Positions 25,046-36,184 of a stretch of 38,597 nucleotides of DNA are shown here, one piece after another. The translations under genes were made by a program, and so were the position numbers. The stretch is taken from positions 166,539,300 through 166,577,896 of the forward strand of contig NC_068983.1 in the NCBI RefSeq assembly GCF_001194135.2, in the 5' to 3' direction. This DNA comes from Octopus bimaculoides (taxonomy: Eukaryota). Each line of letters begins with the position of its first letter. Within the stretch, counting starts at the first letter, position 1. Under the pieces are notes generated by a model that was not told where the DNA came from, searched no databases, and worked only from the letters and a program-made list of their open reading frames with translations.

Positions 25046-25175
25046 TGATAGAAGCCTGTTGACTGAGTTGACAAATGACAGTTTTTTATCATAGCTCTGT
25101 TGAAAGACACTGTGTTTGTTTTAATCAATTTTGAAAATAATGGAGAATTTAGCAAAATAACTGTCACTATTAGGT

Positions 25176-25275
25176 TGCCAAATCAGACAGGAACCTGGTG
25201 CAGCTCTCCAGCTTACCAGTTCCAGTCAAACCATCTAACCCATGCCAGCATGGAAAGCAGATGTTAGATGATGAT
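25176..25275 (+). mobile_element. Diverged RTE-type 3' tail
   Basis: gccaaatcagacaggaacctgg...ccatgccagcatggaaagcagatgttagatgatga. Confidence 0.75.
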
Positions 25276-26075
25276 ATATATATATATATATGCATGTATG
25301 TATATGTCAATTTAATGAACACAATTTAATGACTCTTACAATAGAGTTACAAATAGTTTCATGCTTTTAAGATACATTAAATTGGCAGATTTAGATAACA
25401 TGCCATGTATCTTCGAGCAATCTTTCAGGCTCAGTTGACCTATTAGATTTATTTAAAAACCAGGATGCTGGACTATGAGAAAATATGAGAAAAAAATGAG
25501 AAGAAAAACNNNNNNNNNNNNNNNNNNNNNNNNNNNNNNNNNNNNNNNNNNNNNNNNNNNNNNNNNNNNNNNNNNNNNNNNNNNNNNNNNNNNNNNNNNN
25601 NNNNNNNNNNNNNNNNNNNNNNNNNNNNNNNNNNNNNNNNNNNNNNNNNNNNNNNNNNNNNNNNNNNNNNNNNNNNNNNNNNNNNNNNNNNNNNNNNNNN
25701 NNNNNNNNNNNNNNNNNNNNNNNNNNNNNNNNNNNNNNNNNNNNNNNNNNNNNNNNNNNNNNNNNNNNNNNNNNNNNNNNNNNNNNNNNNNNNNNNNNNN
25801 NNNNNNNNNNNNNNNNNNNNNNNNNNNNNNNNNNNNNNNNNNNNNNNNNNNNNNNNNNNNNNNNNNNNNNNNNNNNNNNNNNNNNNNNNNNNNNNNNNNN
25901 NNNNNNNNNNNNNNNNNNNNNNNNNNNNNNNNNNNNNNNNNNNNNNNNNNNNNNNNNNNNNNNNNNNNNNNNNNNNNNNNNNNNNNNNNNNNNNNNNNNN
26001 NNNNNNNNNNNNNNNNNNNNNNNNNNNNNNNNNNNNNNNNNNNNNNNNNNNNNNNNNNNNNNNNNNNNNNNNNNN

Positions 26076-26134
<59 letters not shown>

Positions 26135-26696
26135 TGTGTGTGTATGCATTTGCTAGTTTCCAAATTTTGAACATTTCTGTGTACTATAGTGTGGATAGCT
26201 TAAAATAAGATGACCTTCCTTATGTTAACCATTCAATGAAGATTTTATCAAACCTGTATCAATGCTGCAAGATTTAGTGACAAAATATATTTAGATCTTT
26301 GGAAGGGACTATTTTTTAAAATAATTTTCAGTCTTATTTACAATGTTTTTTCATATTAATGATATTCTTAATAGATTTTACATATGGAACAATTCTAGAT
26401 GTAGGTATAAATATTTATATATATGCACATATAGATACATGTATATATAAATATAAATATAAATATATATATGTATATATATATATANNNNNNNNNNNNN
26501 NNNNNNNNNNNNNNNNNNNNNNNNNNNNNNNNNNNNNNNNNNNNNNNNNNNNNNNNNNNNNNNNNNNNNNNNNNNNNNNNNNNNNNNNNNNNNNNNNNNN
26601 NNNNNNNNNNNNNNNNNNNNNNNNNNNNNNNNNNNNNNNNNNNNNNNNNNNNNNNNNNNNNNNNNNNNNNNNNNNNNNTATATATAAAAGTAGACG

Positions 26697-26731
<35 letters not shown>

Positions 26732-26889
26732 AAGGCTTTGCACCATCAAAGATGCATATATAAGGTATCTTGAAAAGCCAGTAATGATGTAATGGGAAGA
26801 ACATGAAATTTTTTTTAAATGCCTCAATAATATATTTGATTAACCCATCTTAGCATTGGAAAATGGATGTAAAAAATGACAGTAACTAT

Positions 26890-27244
26890 GTCTATCTATC
26901 TATCTGTCTGTCTGTCTGTCTGTCTGTCTGTATGTATGTATGTGTATGTATGTCTGTCTGTCCACCAGTCTACTTGTCTGTCTGTCTGCCTGTCTGTCAG
27001 CCAGTCTGTCTGTCAGCCAATCTGTTTGTCTGCCTGCCTATCTGTCTGTCTGTTTATCTATCTGTCTGTCTGCCTACCTGTCTACCTGCCTGTTTATTTG
27101 TCTGTTTGTCAGCCAGTCTGTCTGTCTGTCTGTCTGCCTGTTTGTCTGTCTGTTTGCCTGCCTGTCTGTCAGCCAGTCTGTCTGTTTGCCTGCCTATCTC
27201 TCTGTCTGTTTGCCTGCCTATCTGTCTGTCTGTTTGCCTACCTA

Positions 27245-27280
<36 letters not shown>

Positions 27281-27325
27281 CCTCTCCCTCTCTCTCTCTC
27301 TCTCCCTCTCTCTCTCTCCCTCTCC

Positions 27326-27360
<35 letters not shown>

Positions 27361-27395
27361 CCCCTCTCTCTCTCTCTCTCTTTCTCTTTCTCTAC
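26890..27395. repeat. (TCTG/CCTG)n tetranucleotide array grading into (TC)n
   Basis: Read directly from the sequence. Confidence 0.95.
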
Positions 27396-27399
27396 CTGT

Positions 27400-27665
27400 G
27401 AAGGTGAGTAGCTTATTGGTTAGCGTATTCAGCAAATGATTGCAAGGTGGTCAGTTCGATTCCTGGCAGCATGTGTTGTGTCCCTTGAGCAAGACACTTT
27501 ATCTCATGTTGTTCCAGTCCACTCAGCCACTAAAAGTGAGCTGTACCTGTAATTCAAAAGGGGGCCAGCCTTGTCAGATTCTGTGTCACACGGAATCTCC
27601 CTGAGAACTACATTAAGGGCACATGTGTCTGTGGAGTGCTCAGCCACTTGCACATTAATTTCACG
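27400..27665 (+). mobile_element. tRNA-derived SINE family C
   Basis: A-box-like tagcttattgg, B-box cagttcgattcc, central gtgtcccttgagcaagacacttt...ccagtccactcagc. A related head lies at 32245-32480. Confidence 0.7.
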
Positions 27666-27689
27666 ATGATAGTGGTTCCATTGATCGGA

Positions 27690-27925
27690 ATCCATGAGAT
27701 TATAATCAAAGGAATTTAAGACTCCCGATGAATTGTAGAGATTCTCTGACAAGCACTTCTGACTCTTTCTGGAGGTATGGCAAGGAGCCAAATCCTGCTG
27801 CCACACATATGGCATTCCAGCAGCAACCCTCTTCAGTCAGGGTTTCACCACAGTCTCCAGCAGCTTCACATAACCATCTGAATTGAGCCTAAGGCCCTGT
27901 TCAAAGATGTGAAGGAAGAATTCAG
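27690..27925 (-). pseudogene. maT (Bmmar1/DD37D-like) transposase, C-terminal fragment
   Basis: HIFEQGLRLNSDGYVKLLETVVKP*LKRVAAGMPYVWQQDLAPCHTSRKSQKCLSEN...NSFDYNLMD. Confidence 0.75.
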
Positions 27926-28262
27926 GTATGCAGATGTAGTCAGAGCACTTGTTGTGTCTCTTCCTGCTGGCCATGGTTTCATACTCTCTGTTGCAGTCTT
28001 TAAAGAATATTGAGCAGCAGTCATGATGCCTACATTTTGATACCTGGTGTGAATCATGATGATACAGGTAACTCTTTTCCCAATATTCAGGTGACTTCCA
28101 GTCTTCAGTTTCAGGTAACTTTTTCTCGACTACAACTTTAATCTTTTATGCTTTTCTATGCTGTTGACCACTCACCAATAAATCAAGCTGTTCCTGAAAA
28201 ACGGAGACAAAAAAAATCAGCAAATTTAGCCTGTATGTAAATATATACACATACACATGCAT

Positions 28263-28296
<34 letters not shown>

Positions 28297-28298
<2 letters not shown>

Positions 28299-29545
28299 GG
28301 TGTTTCAAAGATTTTGATATAATTTAATTTAGGCAAATGAAACTAAACATGTTTAATGTTGAGAAAATTACAATTTATTCATCAAAATTTAAATAAGAAA
28401 TTCAAAGGTAAATTTCATGGATGATTTCACAGGATTTTGCAAGTTTTTAATATGCACACCACCTCTGACACAGCACAAGTCGAGTCGGTTGTCCAACTCC
28501 TGCCAGACACACTGCAGCATCTCTTGGATAACATTCTTCATTGTGGCAGTGATTCTCTGCTTGAGTTCCTATAAGCATGTAGGAAGAGGAAGGGGCAGAG
28601 ACCAGTCCCTTTGCATAGCCCCAGAGGAAAAAATTGCAAGGTGTCAGGTCAAACAAATGTGGCAACCATTTCAACAACACATTGTCTTCATCACCAGTGT
28701 GTCTGATCCATCTCCCTGGCAGATCCGCATTGAGATAAGGCTTCACAGTGAGCTTCCAGTGAGGTCGAACTTGTGAAGTGTTCAACTTCATTTGCAATGA
28801 ACTTATGGATTAGTCTGTTCTGAGCCATTTTCAGATAAACACTGTTGGTCACATTTCCCTCAAATAAAAACGTGGAACAAAACAGATTCACTTTTAGTGA
28901 GTCTCTCGTGTCGTCAACTGTGGCATGGGGATTTTCTTTGCCCCAAATGCAAACATTATACTTGCTAACTTTGCCATTCATATGCAATGTGGCATTACCA
29001 CTGAAAACAAGACATTCTTTAAACTTGTCTTCTTCAAGTTTCTCTTGCACATTGATACAAAATTGCTTGCACTTTTGTCATCTGTCTTTAAGACCTGAAT
29101 GAACAGCAGCTTTTAGGATGTCATTCACTGGTGTTTCCTTGTGATAAGCCAAACTGTCATTGGAGGAATCTGGGTTTCCACACTTGCTCTTCTTATGGAT
29201 TTTCTGAGGCTTCTCAAAAATGCTTCCCAAACCCACTTGGTTATCTCTTCCAATACTGGTGGTCATCCAGATCCTTTTGCCCAGCACAGACAGCCTTCTT
29301 CTTTGAACATTTTGTGCCATGTCCAAATCTGCATTGCAATTTTTAACAAATTCTTTTGCATATGCTTACCACACAGTCTTGTTTGATTGTGTCCGAACAT
29401 ACTCTTATATAAAAAATACCTTTTCTTTCTCAGCGAATGGCATTTCTATCCCTGACAAGAAAAGAAAAAAACTATAAAACATTCAACAGAATTTTGAGTT
29501 GTTTCTATACATGTTGTTAAAATTTCAGATCATTTGAATGAGGAT
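28297..29545 (-). mobile_element. Decayed Tc1/mariner element, rosa/DUF4817-type transposase (pseudogene about 28440-29443)
   Basis: MPFAEKEKV..EYVRTQSNKTV; WHKMFKEEGCLC..SG*PP; RKSIRRAS; FSGNATLHMNGKVSKYNVCIWGKENPH; PHWKLTVKPYLNADLPGRWI; DLTPCNFFLWGY. Only one terminus-like caaggtgtttcaaa (28297) is visible. Confidence 0.75.
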
Positions 29546-29775
29546 TCGTCAAGTTACTTATGAGGGTTGTGTCATCGGTGTATCTCACATTGCACAGCCT
29601 TTCTCTGGCAATCTGCACACCACCATCGTAGTTCTCTGTCACCACTCTTATGATGTTTTCCGCATAGATGCTGTACAGATATGGAGACAGAACACATCCC
29701 TGTCGGACACCCCTCTCAATGCCGAACCACTCAGTGTCACCGACGGACGTCCTGACAGATGACTGCTGATCTTGA
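29546..29775 (-). pseudogene. Non-LTR reverse transcriptase fragment (RTE-like)
   Basis: VRTSVGDTEWFGIERGVRQGCVLSPYLYSIYAE...NVRYTDDTTL (QG and YADD motif regions). Confidence 0.9.
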
Positions 29776-30250
29776 TCTTGGCAGCCACCAGGCAACCTCA
29801 GAAGAAGAACCACCGCATGTCTGGCTCCAATGGGTGTTTCAACTTGTTGATCAGCCTGAGCTGCTTTTTCTGCATTGCTTTGGACAGGAATCGTCCCTTC
29901 CTCATCTTGTATGAAATGTTGTGAATGTTCTCATGCACCACAAGTCAGGTGAGCTTTTCACGCACACCTTTCTCCTGAGTAATGGCACACATTAACTTGC
30001 TGGGATCTCCTGTTGATAATCTCTTGGATTCCAGTGATGAATTCCAGCGTTCTGATGGCGTCAGTCAATCTTGGGTTTTCCTCTGTGCTGTTACCTCGTA
30101 GTTGAATCCAGAACCTTCCCACTTCTTTCTGATCTTTTCCACCATTCTTCTGCTGACACTGAGGAAATCTGAAATCTTGTTTGTTCTTCCAGCTTGGATT
30201 CCAAGGATTCCATGCCTTTTCCACAAATTGGGGAGTACAAAATTTTCCAT
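29775..30250 (-). pseudogene. maT-like transposase, N-terminal fragment
   Basis: MENFVLPNLWKRHGIL...IRTLEFITGIQEIIN..PSK...SYKMRKGRFLS...NKLKHPLEPDMRWFF...CQDQ, with frameshifts. Confidence 0.7.
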
Positions 30251-30415
30251 AGTCAATTATTCTGCAAAAAAAAAAAAAAAGCAAAAATGGTTATTGTTTT
30301 TAAAAAGAAAAACGCCAACAAGAAAGTAAAAAAAAATATGCGTAAAATTAGCAGCTAAAAATTACAAACGAATACTGTCTGCACCCTGTATGTGTCAGTG
30401 TGTGTGCGTGCGCAC

Positions 30416-30446
<31 letters not shown>

Positions 30447-31115
30447 CGCACGTGCGTGTGTTTGTGTGTGTGTGTGTGTGTGTTACATAATTGNNNNNNN
30501 NNNNNNNNNNNNNNNNNNNNNNNNNNNNNNNNNNNNNNNNNNNNNNNNNNNNNNNNNNNNNNNNNNNNNNNNNNNNNNNNNNNNNNNNNNNNNNNNNNNN
30601 NNNNNNNNNNNNNNNNNNNNNNNNNNNNNNNNNNNNNNNNNNNNNNNNNNNNNNNNNNNNNNNNNNNNNNNNNNNNNNNNNNNNNNNNNNNNNNNNNNNN
30701 NNNNNNNNNNNNNNNNNNNNNNNNNNNNNNNNNNNNNNNNNNNNNNNNNNNNNNNNNNNNNNNNNNNNNNNNNNNNNNNNNNNNNNNNNNNNNNNNNNNN
30801 NNNNNNNNNNNNNNNNNNNNNNNNNNNNNNNNNNNNNNNNNNNNNNNNNNNNNNNNNNNNNNNNNNNNNNNNNNNNNNNNNNNNNNNNNNNNNNNNNNNN
30901 NNNNNNNNNNNNNNNNNNNNNNNNNNNNNNNNNNNNNNNNNNNNNNNNNNNNNNNNNNNNNNNNNNNNNNNNNNNNNNNNNNNNNNNNNNNNNNNNNNNN
31001 NNNNNNNNNNNNNNNNNNNNNNNNNNNNNNNNNNNNNNNNNNNNNNNNNNNNNNNNNNNNNNNNNNNNNNNNNNNNNNNNNNNNNNNNNNNNNNNNNNNN
31101 NNNNNNNNNNNNNNN

Positions 31116-31298
31116 GAGGAGGAGGAGGAAGAGGAGGAGGAGGAAGCTGAGGAAGAGGAAGAGGAGGAAGCTGAGGAAGAGGAAGAGGAGGAAGAGGAAG
31201 AGGAGGAAGAGGAAGAGGAAGAGGAGGAGGAAGAGGAAGAGGAAGAGGAGGAGGAAGAGGAAGAGGAAGAGGAGGAGGAAGAGGAAGAGGAGGAGGGT
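31116..31298. repeat. (GAG/GAA)n purine triplet repeat
   Basis: Read directly from the sequence. Confidence 0.95.
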
Positions 31299-31854
31299 TG
31301 AAAAACGATAACAACAGAAGGAAAGCTGGAAGTGTTGAAGTAGAAAGAAAAAAGAATGACAGAAAGAAGAGACAATGAAATAGAAGAAGAAAGAAAGGAA
31401 TGAGAAAAAAAAAAGAAGAAAAAGCAAGATGAATAAGTAAAAGACTGTAAAATGAAAACGGATAGGAAGGAGAAAGAATGGTTAATTACAAGAGACAGAT
31501 ATAGGGTTCTTATTCTCAAAGAAATTGAAGGAAATGGTATCAGCAGAAATATTCTCCAAAATAGACAAATTGCATGAGTTTAGAAGTAGAGAGTCAACAA
31601 ATATATTTTTGAAGAAGGAAAATGACTGCATCATTCATGTAAACCTATGAATATTGTTTATCAATCATATTGTCTTAACATGTTATTTCTATTGACCCTT
31701 TCGTTACCAAACCGGCTGAAACTGGTTCTGAAGTACAAATGTCTCGTTTTCATAAGTTCTGAATTAAAATCTTCCACCAAACCTTATTTCACAATTTATG
31801 TTTCTAACGCTAGCTTAATGATAACGAAGTTATTTTACTAAATTGTTTGATATT

Positions 31855-32130
31855 CTTTTATTCGTTTCAGTCATTTGACTGCAGCCATGCTGGAGCACTG
31901 CATTTAGTCAAACAAATCAACCCCAGGACTTATTCTTTGTAAGCCTAGTACTTATTCTATCGGTCTCTTTTGTCGAACCGCTAAGTTACGGGGGCATAAA
32001 CACACCAGCATCGGTTGTCAAGCGATGTTGGGGGGACAAACACAAACACACAAACATATACATACATAGATTGAACTCAAGATCACATGTTAGGAACAAA
32101 GCTGCTTAATTACACAGCCATGCCTGTGCC
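31855..32130 (-). mobile_element. SINE family A, internally deleted
   Basis: Tail half at 31855-32060 is followed directly by the head tip ttgaactc...acacagccatgcctg. Confidence 0.8.
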
Positions 32131-32244
32131 TAACTAAACCCAGTCAGGACAGTTAATAGCATACAATATATGTTATGATATCGTAATTCTACGGGGGTTT
32201 TTTCCTCCCTTCTATGATATAGTGAAGGTATGTGATCAAGGGGT

Positions 32245-32480
32245 TAGGGGGTTGCAATCATAATCATAAGATCATGGTTTCAATTCCTAAGCTAGGAAGT
32301 GCATTGTGTTCTTGAGAAAAACACTTCACGTTATGTTGCTCCAGTCTGCTCAGCTATAAATGGGTTCCAACAAAGGCAGGGAAGTTAACACTGCAAGGAA
32401 CTGGCATCCTATTCCTGGGCAGGAATAAAATATCAGAACTTCTATGGAAGCTGGGTTAAACTCTAGCCTTATGATTCCTG
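32245..32480 (+). mobile_element. Diverged tRNA-derived SINE related to family C
   Basis: ggtttcaattcc B-box and ttgtgttcttgagaaaaacactt...ctccagtctgctcagctataaatggg. Confidence 0.55.
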
Positions 32481-33202
32481 GCACTCATGACAGACCAAAG
32501 TGGAATATGGCATGAGCGATATGATGTATGAGTGATATGACATATGAGTGATAAGGGTGATATGATGAGTTATAATTTTATCACAAATATATGTTGTTCT
32601 CTCCAATTTGAGAAGGAGCAGCATAAAAAAGCCTCATAAATATTGTTAAAAATAAAAGAACAAAAACAAAACTTGTTTCTAAACGATATTTTTTCTTCTA
32701 TCTATTTATTTCATCAAACCATATTATCATTAAGAACGGTGCCGCTTGCTTATAAATATCAAACATCTCAAAACCTTCAGCAGTTACCATGGCTCTTATG
32801 ATAGCAGCCAAACTCTCTAGAAATATTCTCCATTACCGTTTATTTATCCTTTTATTTATTATTTATAGCTCTGGATGTGAGAATCCTGTAACAGCCGAGT
32901 AAAACTGGCAGACTGCAGTCTGGAACAAACACACAAAACACAAAACACAAAAAAAAAAAGAATTATCTTAAATAAAAAGAAATAAATATGAATTTAAATA
33001 AAAAGAAATCTATATGATCTTAAATGAGAGAAAAAGTCAAGAGATCAGAGCAGGAGATTTCAAAAAACAAAACAGCAAAATACAAAGCTCCCCCCAAAAA
33101 AGATGACCTTTCTGGTTTTATTTATCAGTAGGATATGCAATGTAAACAAATATTCTTAAAATGGAATAAGTTACACAAACAATAAAAACCATCTGATGTT
33201 TG

Positions 33203-33239
<37 letters not shown>

Positions 33240-33379
33240 CTTGAGTGTACAGTTAAATGTACAACTATTACTGTATGAGAGATCCAAGCAGATTATCCTG
33301 TGTGCATGTGTACTATTGTACTATTGCCCCGGGGCAATCTTTCTCTCTGTCTCATTGGGTCACCATGTACCTCCTTTAT

Positions 33380-33705
33380 TGCAAGGCACCTATTTCTGCC
33401 TCCCTATTTCCCTGTTATATTCTAACCTTTCATCATCTGATACTAGATCACCCCCTCTAATGCCCCCTCTGTTGTGGCAAGACACCTGCTTCTGTCTCTC
33501 TGTCTCTTTGTCACACTCTAACCTTTCATCCTCTGACACAAGTTCCTCCCCTCAAATGCCCCTGCCCCTCTCATAATTCCTTGTCTTGTGAGTTACTTGG
33601 TGACCCTGCCAGTATTGGTGCCACGTTAAAAGCATCCAGCCCACACTCTAATGTGGTTGGCATTTGTAAGGGCATCCAGCTGTAAAAATCATGCCAAAAC
33701 TAACC
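33380..33705 (+). mobile_element. RTE-type 3' region with an internal duplication of about 96 bp, lacking the tail
   Basis: Two gcaag.cacct..ttctg...ctaacctttcatc units, then ...gtggttggcatttgtaagggcatccagctgta. Confidence 0.6.
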
Positions 33706-33731
33706 TCACAATATCCCCTCCCAGCGAAATA

Positions 33732-33978
33732 ATGGAAAAAGCCCCAAAATGCACAGTCATTTATAAGACTGTTGTACTGAAATCGAAAAGATTGGACACA
33801 GCGAGTAGGGAGGCAGTGGAAATGTGTTTGCATCCAGTGTGGAAAGACGTGGTGTTCCTCATAAGAGGAAAGAGGTTCGCTATGGTCGAGGTGAGATTCT
33901 GTTCGGAAGAAAAAGCCAGGCTGCATTCTACAGAAACTTTTAAAATGGCAGAGGTGGTACTCCTGTCAACATATATGG
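33732..33978 (+). pseudogene. N-terminal 82 codons of a probable LINE ORF1-like protein
   Basis: Clean non-repetitive reading MEKAPKCTVIYKTVVLKSKRLDTASREAVEMCLHPVWKDVVFLIRGKRFAMVEVRFCSEEKARLH... embedded between TE fragments. The family assignment is from recall only. Confidence 0.4.
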
Positions 33979-35026
33979 ACTAAAGGGACAAGGAAAAGTA
34001 CGAAGTTTGCTATACTGATGGTATGACGAGAGCCCTATAATCACGTGGACGACTGCTAGTTTTGTGACCTCAGACTGGAGCCTGGTGTTGCCATCCGGTT
34101 TCACCAGTCCTCAGTCAAATCGTCCAACCCATGCTAGCATGGAAAGCGGACGTTAAACGATGATGATGATGATGATGAAATTTGAAGGGTATTAACCGGA
34201 AAACTCGACAAACACTTGTCTATCCTAATCTTACCTCTGCCATTAGACTGGTTCCACACAGTGAAGAGCTTCCTGTTCTTGTCTTCAATGTCTTGCCTCA
34301 GATAACTTTACCCTCAACCAAAGAGGATTCATCACGTGAAGAAGACACGAGAGATCAAGACTTTTCAGTTGAGACTTTACTTCAGTTATTCTCTCAGATA
34401 GATTTGAATGATCTAGTTTGTGACTTGAACCTCCCAAAAAATTCTGCAGAACTGTTGGCTTCTTGACTGAAAGAGAAGAATCTTCTAGAGAATGGTGTCC
34501 GAATAACATTTCGTTGGAGTCGGCATGAAGAGTTCCTTTCTTTATTCAGAAAAGAGAAAGAGCTGGTTTACTGCAGAGATGTCAGTGGGCTTCTTAATAA
34601 ACTTGACATTGAGAAATACAAACCAGAGGAATGGCGTCTTTTCATTGACAGCTTTAAGTGTAGTTTACAATGTTTGTTGTTGCACAACGGAAACATGTAT
34701 GGCTCTGCACCACTCGACCATTCAATAACTCTGAAGGAAGAATATGAAGAAATTGAATTGGTTTTAGAGAAGATGCTGTATCAGGACCATAAATGGGTCA
34801 TCTGCGTGGAGTTAAAGAGGGTGAATATTCTCATGGGGCAGCAATCTGGTTATACCAAATACCCATGCTTTCTTTGCATGTGGGACAGCAGAGACCAAGG
34901 AAACCCCTATGTTAAGGAAGACTGGCTGCTTTGAACAAATATGGCTCCATGTAGAGCTGCCAATATATTGAAAGAACCTTTAGTTGAGCGAGATAGATCA
35001 TTTTCCCCACTTTGCACATCAAACTC
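33976..35026 (+). pseudogene. Chapaev3-like (CMC superfamily) DNA transposase fragment
   Basis: WTKGTRK...REPYNHVDDC*FC; YPNLTSAIRLVPH; LNDLVCDLNLPKNSAELLAS*L; EWRLFIDS...LLHNGN; GQQSGYTKYPCFLCMWDSR; LHIKL. 34182-34934 is a single frame with one internal stop. Confidence 0.75.
34070..34178 (+). mobile_element. Young RTE-type 3' tail inserted into the Chapaev3 ORF
   Basis: Identical to the corresponding part of the 2206 copy. Confidence 0.9.
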
Positions 35027-35293
35027 CTGTGCAGGGGACACGTAAAATACACCATTTTGAGCATGGCTGTTGCCAGTACTGCCTGACTGGCCCTCGTGCT
35101 GGTGGCATGTAAAAGCACCCACTACACTCTCTAAGTGGTTGGCGTTAGGAAGGGCATCCAGCTGTAGAAACTCTGCCAAATCAGATTAGAGCCTGGTGTT
35201 GCCATCCGATTCCACCAGTCCTCAGTCAAATCGTCCAACCCATGCTAGCATGGAAAGCGGACGTTAAAAGATGATGATGATGATGATGATGAT
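35024..35293 (+). mobile_element. RTE-type 3' end (about 270 bp), fairly young
   Basis: About 5 differences from the 2206 copy. (GAT)n tail. Confidence 0.85.
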
Positions 35294-35954
35294 ATATATC
35301 GTCAGTAAATCATAAATCTGCAAGAGGAGCACACTCCTCTTTATAGATCAATAGAGTATTTAGAGAAAGCTAGTTATGGCCGGTTCATAGGGTTACCCTG
35401 GCTTTCGCGTCTCTATGCATTGTGCAAGAGAATGTATCTGCCGTGACTAATCTTTTCTTGAAGAAAATTTGATATTTGATATAATGTTTTGTATTTTGGT
35501 AAATCATAAACTGAGAATTTTTTCAAAAAAAAAGTCAAGACCGAAAGATTACAAAACAATTGTGGTGGTGGTGATGGTGAAGAGAGATCCCTAGTCCTCT
35601 TTCCCATCCCCGAAACTACGATACCTGAAATTACGATCTGCAATCATTAAAATATACACACACAAACAAATTGCAGTTCTGGGGTTCTTTCATCTCTCTC
35701 TCTCTCTACGTATATATATGTAATATATGTACAATAGACGTACACGTGTGTGCCTGTTAGTCTTATTAGTGTGTGTGTGTTCATACATACATACATACAT
35801 ACATATACGTTTTCGAATTAATAAAGAAAGCGAGAATCTATCCGACATAATGACAGAATGCATTTTATAGACGAAATCTACTTTTGTATTTTCAAACAGC
35901 AGGTTATCAGACTTCGATCTGTGCATGAATAATTGACAGAAATTACAAAGGTAA

Positions 35955-36136
35955 GGCATAGGAGTGGCTGAGTGGTAAGTAGCTTGCTTACGAACCACAT
36001 GGTTCCAGGTTCAGTCCCACTGCGTGACACATTGGCCAAGTGTTTTCTACTATAGCCTCAGGCCGAATAAAGCCTTGTGAGTAGATTTGGTAGACGGAGA
36101 CTGAAAGAAGCCCGTCGTATATATGTATATATATAC

Positions 36137-36184
<48 letters not shown>

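Larger units (their letters stand above)
1917..31115. other. Eight assembly gaps (N runs): 1917-2071, 8772-8848, 9550-10230, 14484-14783, 15447-15534, 25510-26075, 26488-26678, 30494-31115
   Basis: Runs of n in the sequence, almost all flanked by simple repeats. The span given is only the outer bound. Confidence 0.98.

Noticed and set aside
33590-34178. 33590-33705 ends at gccaaa and 34070 starts at tcagactgg, as if one element had been split
   Set aside because: The two pieces differ greatly in divergence, the Chapaev3 frame continues across the second piece, and other copies (2428, 8440, 25176) truncate near the same point.
35322-35341. Perfect 8-bp hairpin AAGAGGAG-caca-CTCCTCTT
   Set aside because: It is isolated, with no Helitron CTRR end or other context. 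One such short stem is plausible by chance in 38 kb.
35955-36030. tRNA genes at A/B-box motifs (also about 27410, 18420 and 5590)
   Set aside because: The boxes run into SINE bodies repeated many times, and I could not see a complete cloverleaf or acceptor stem.
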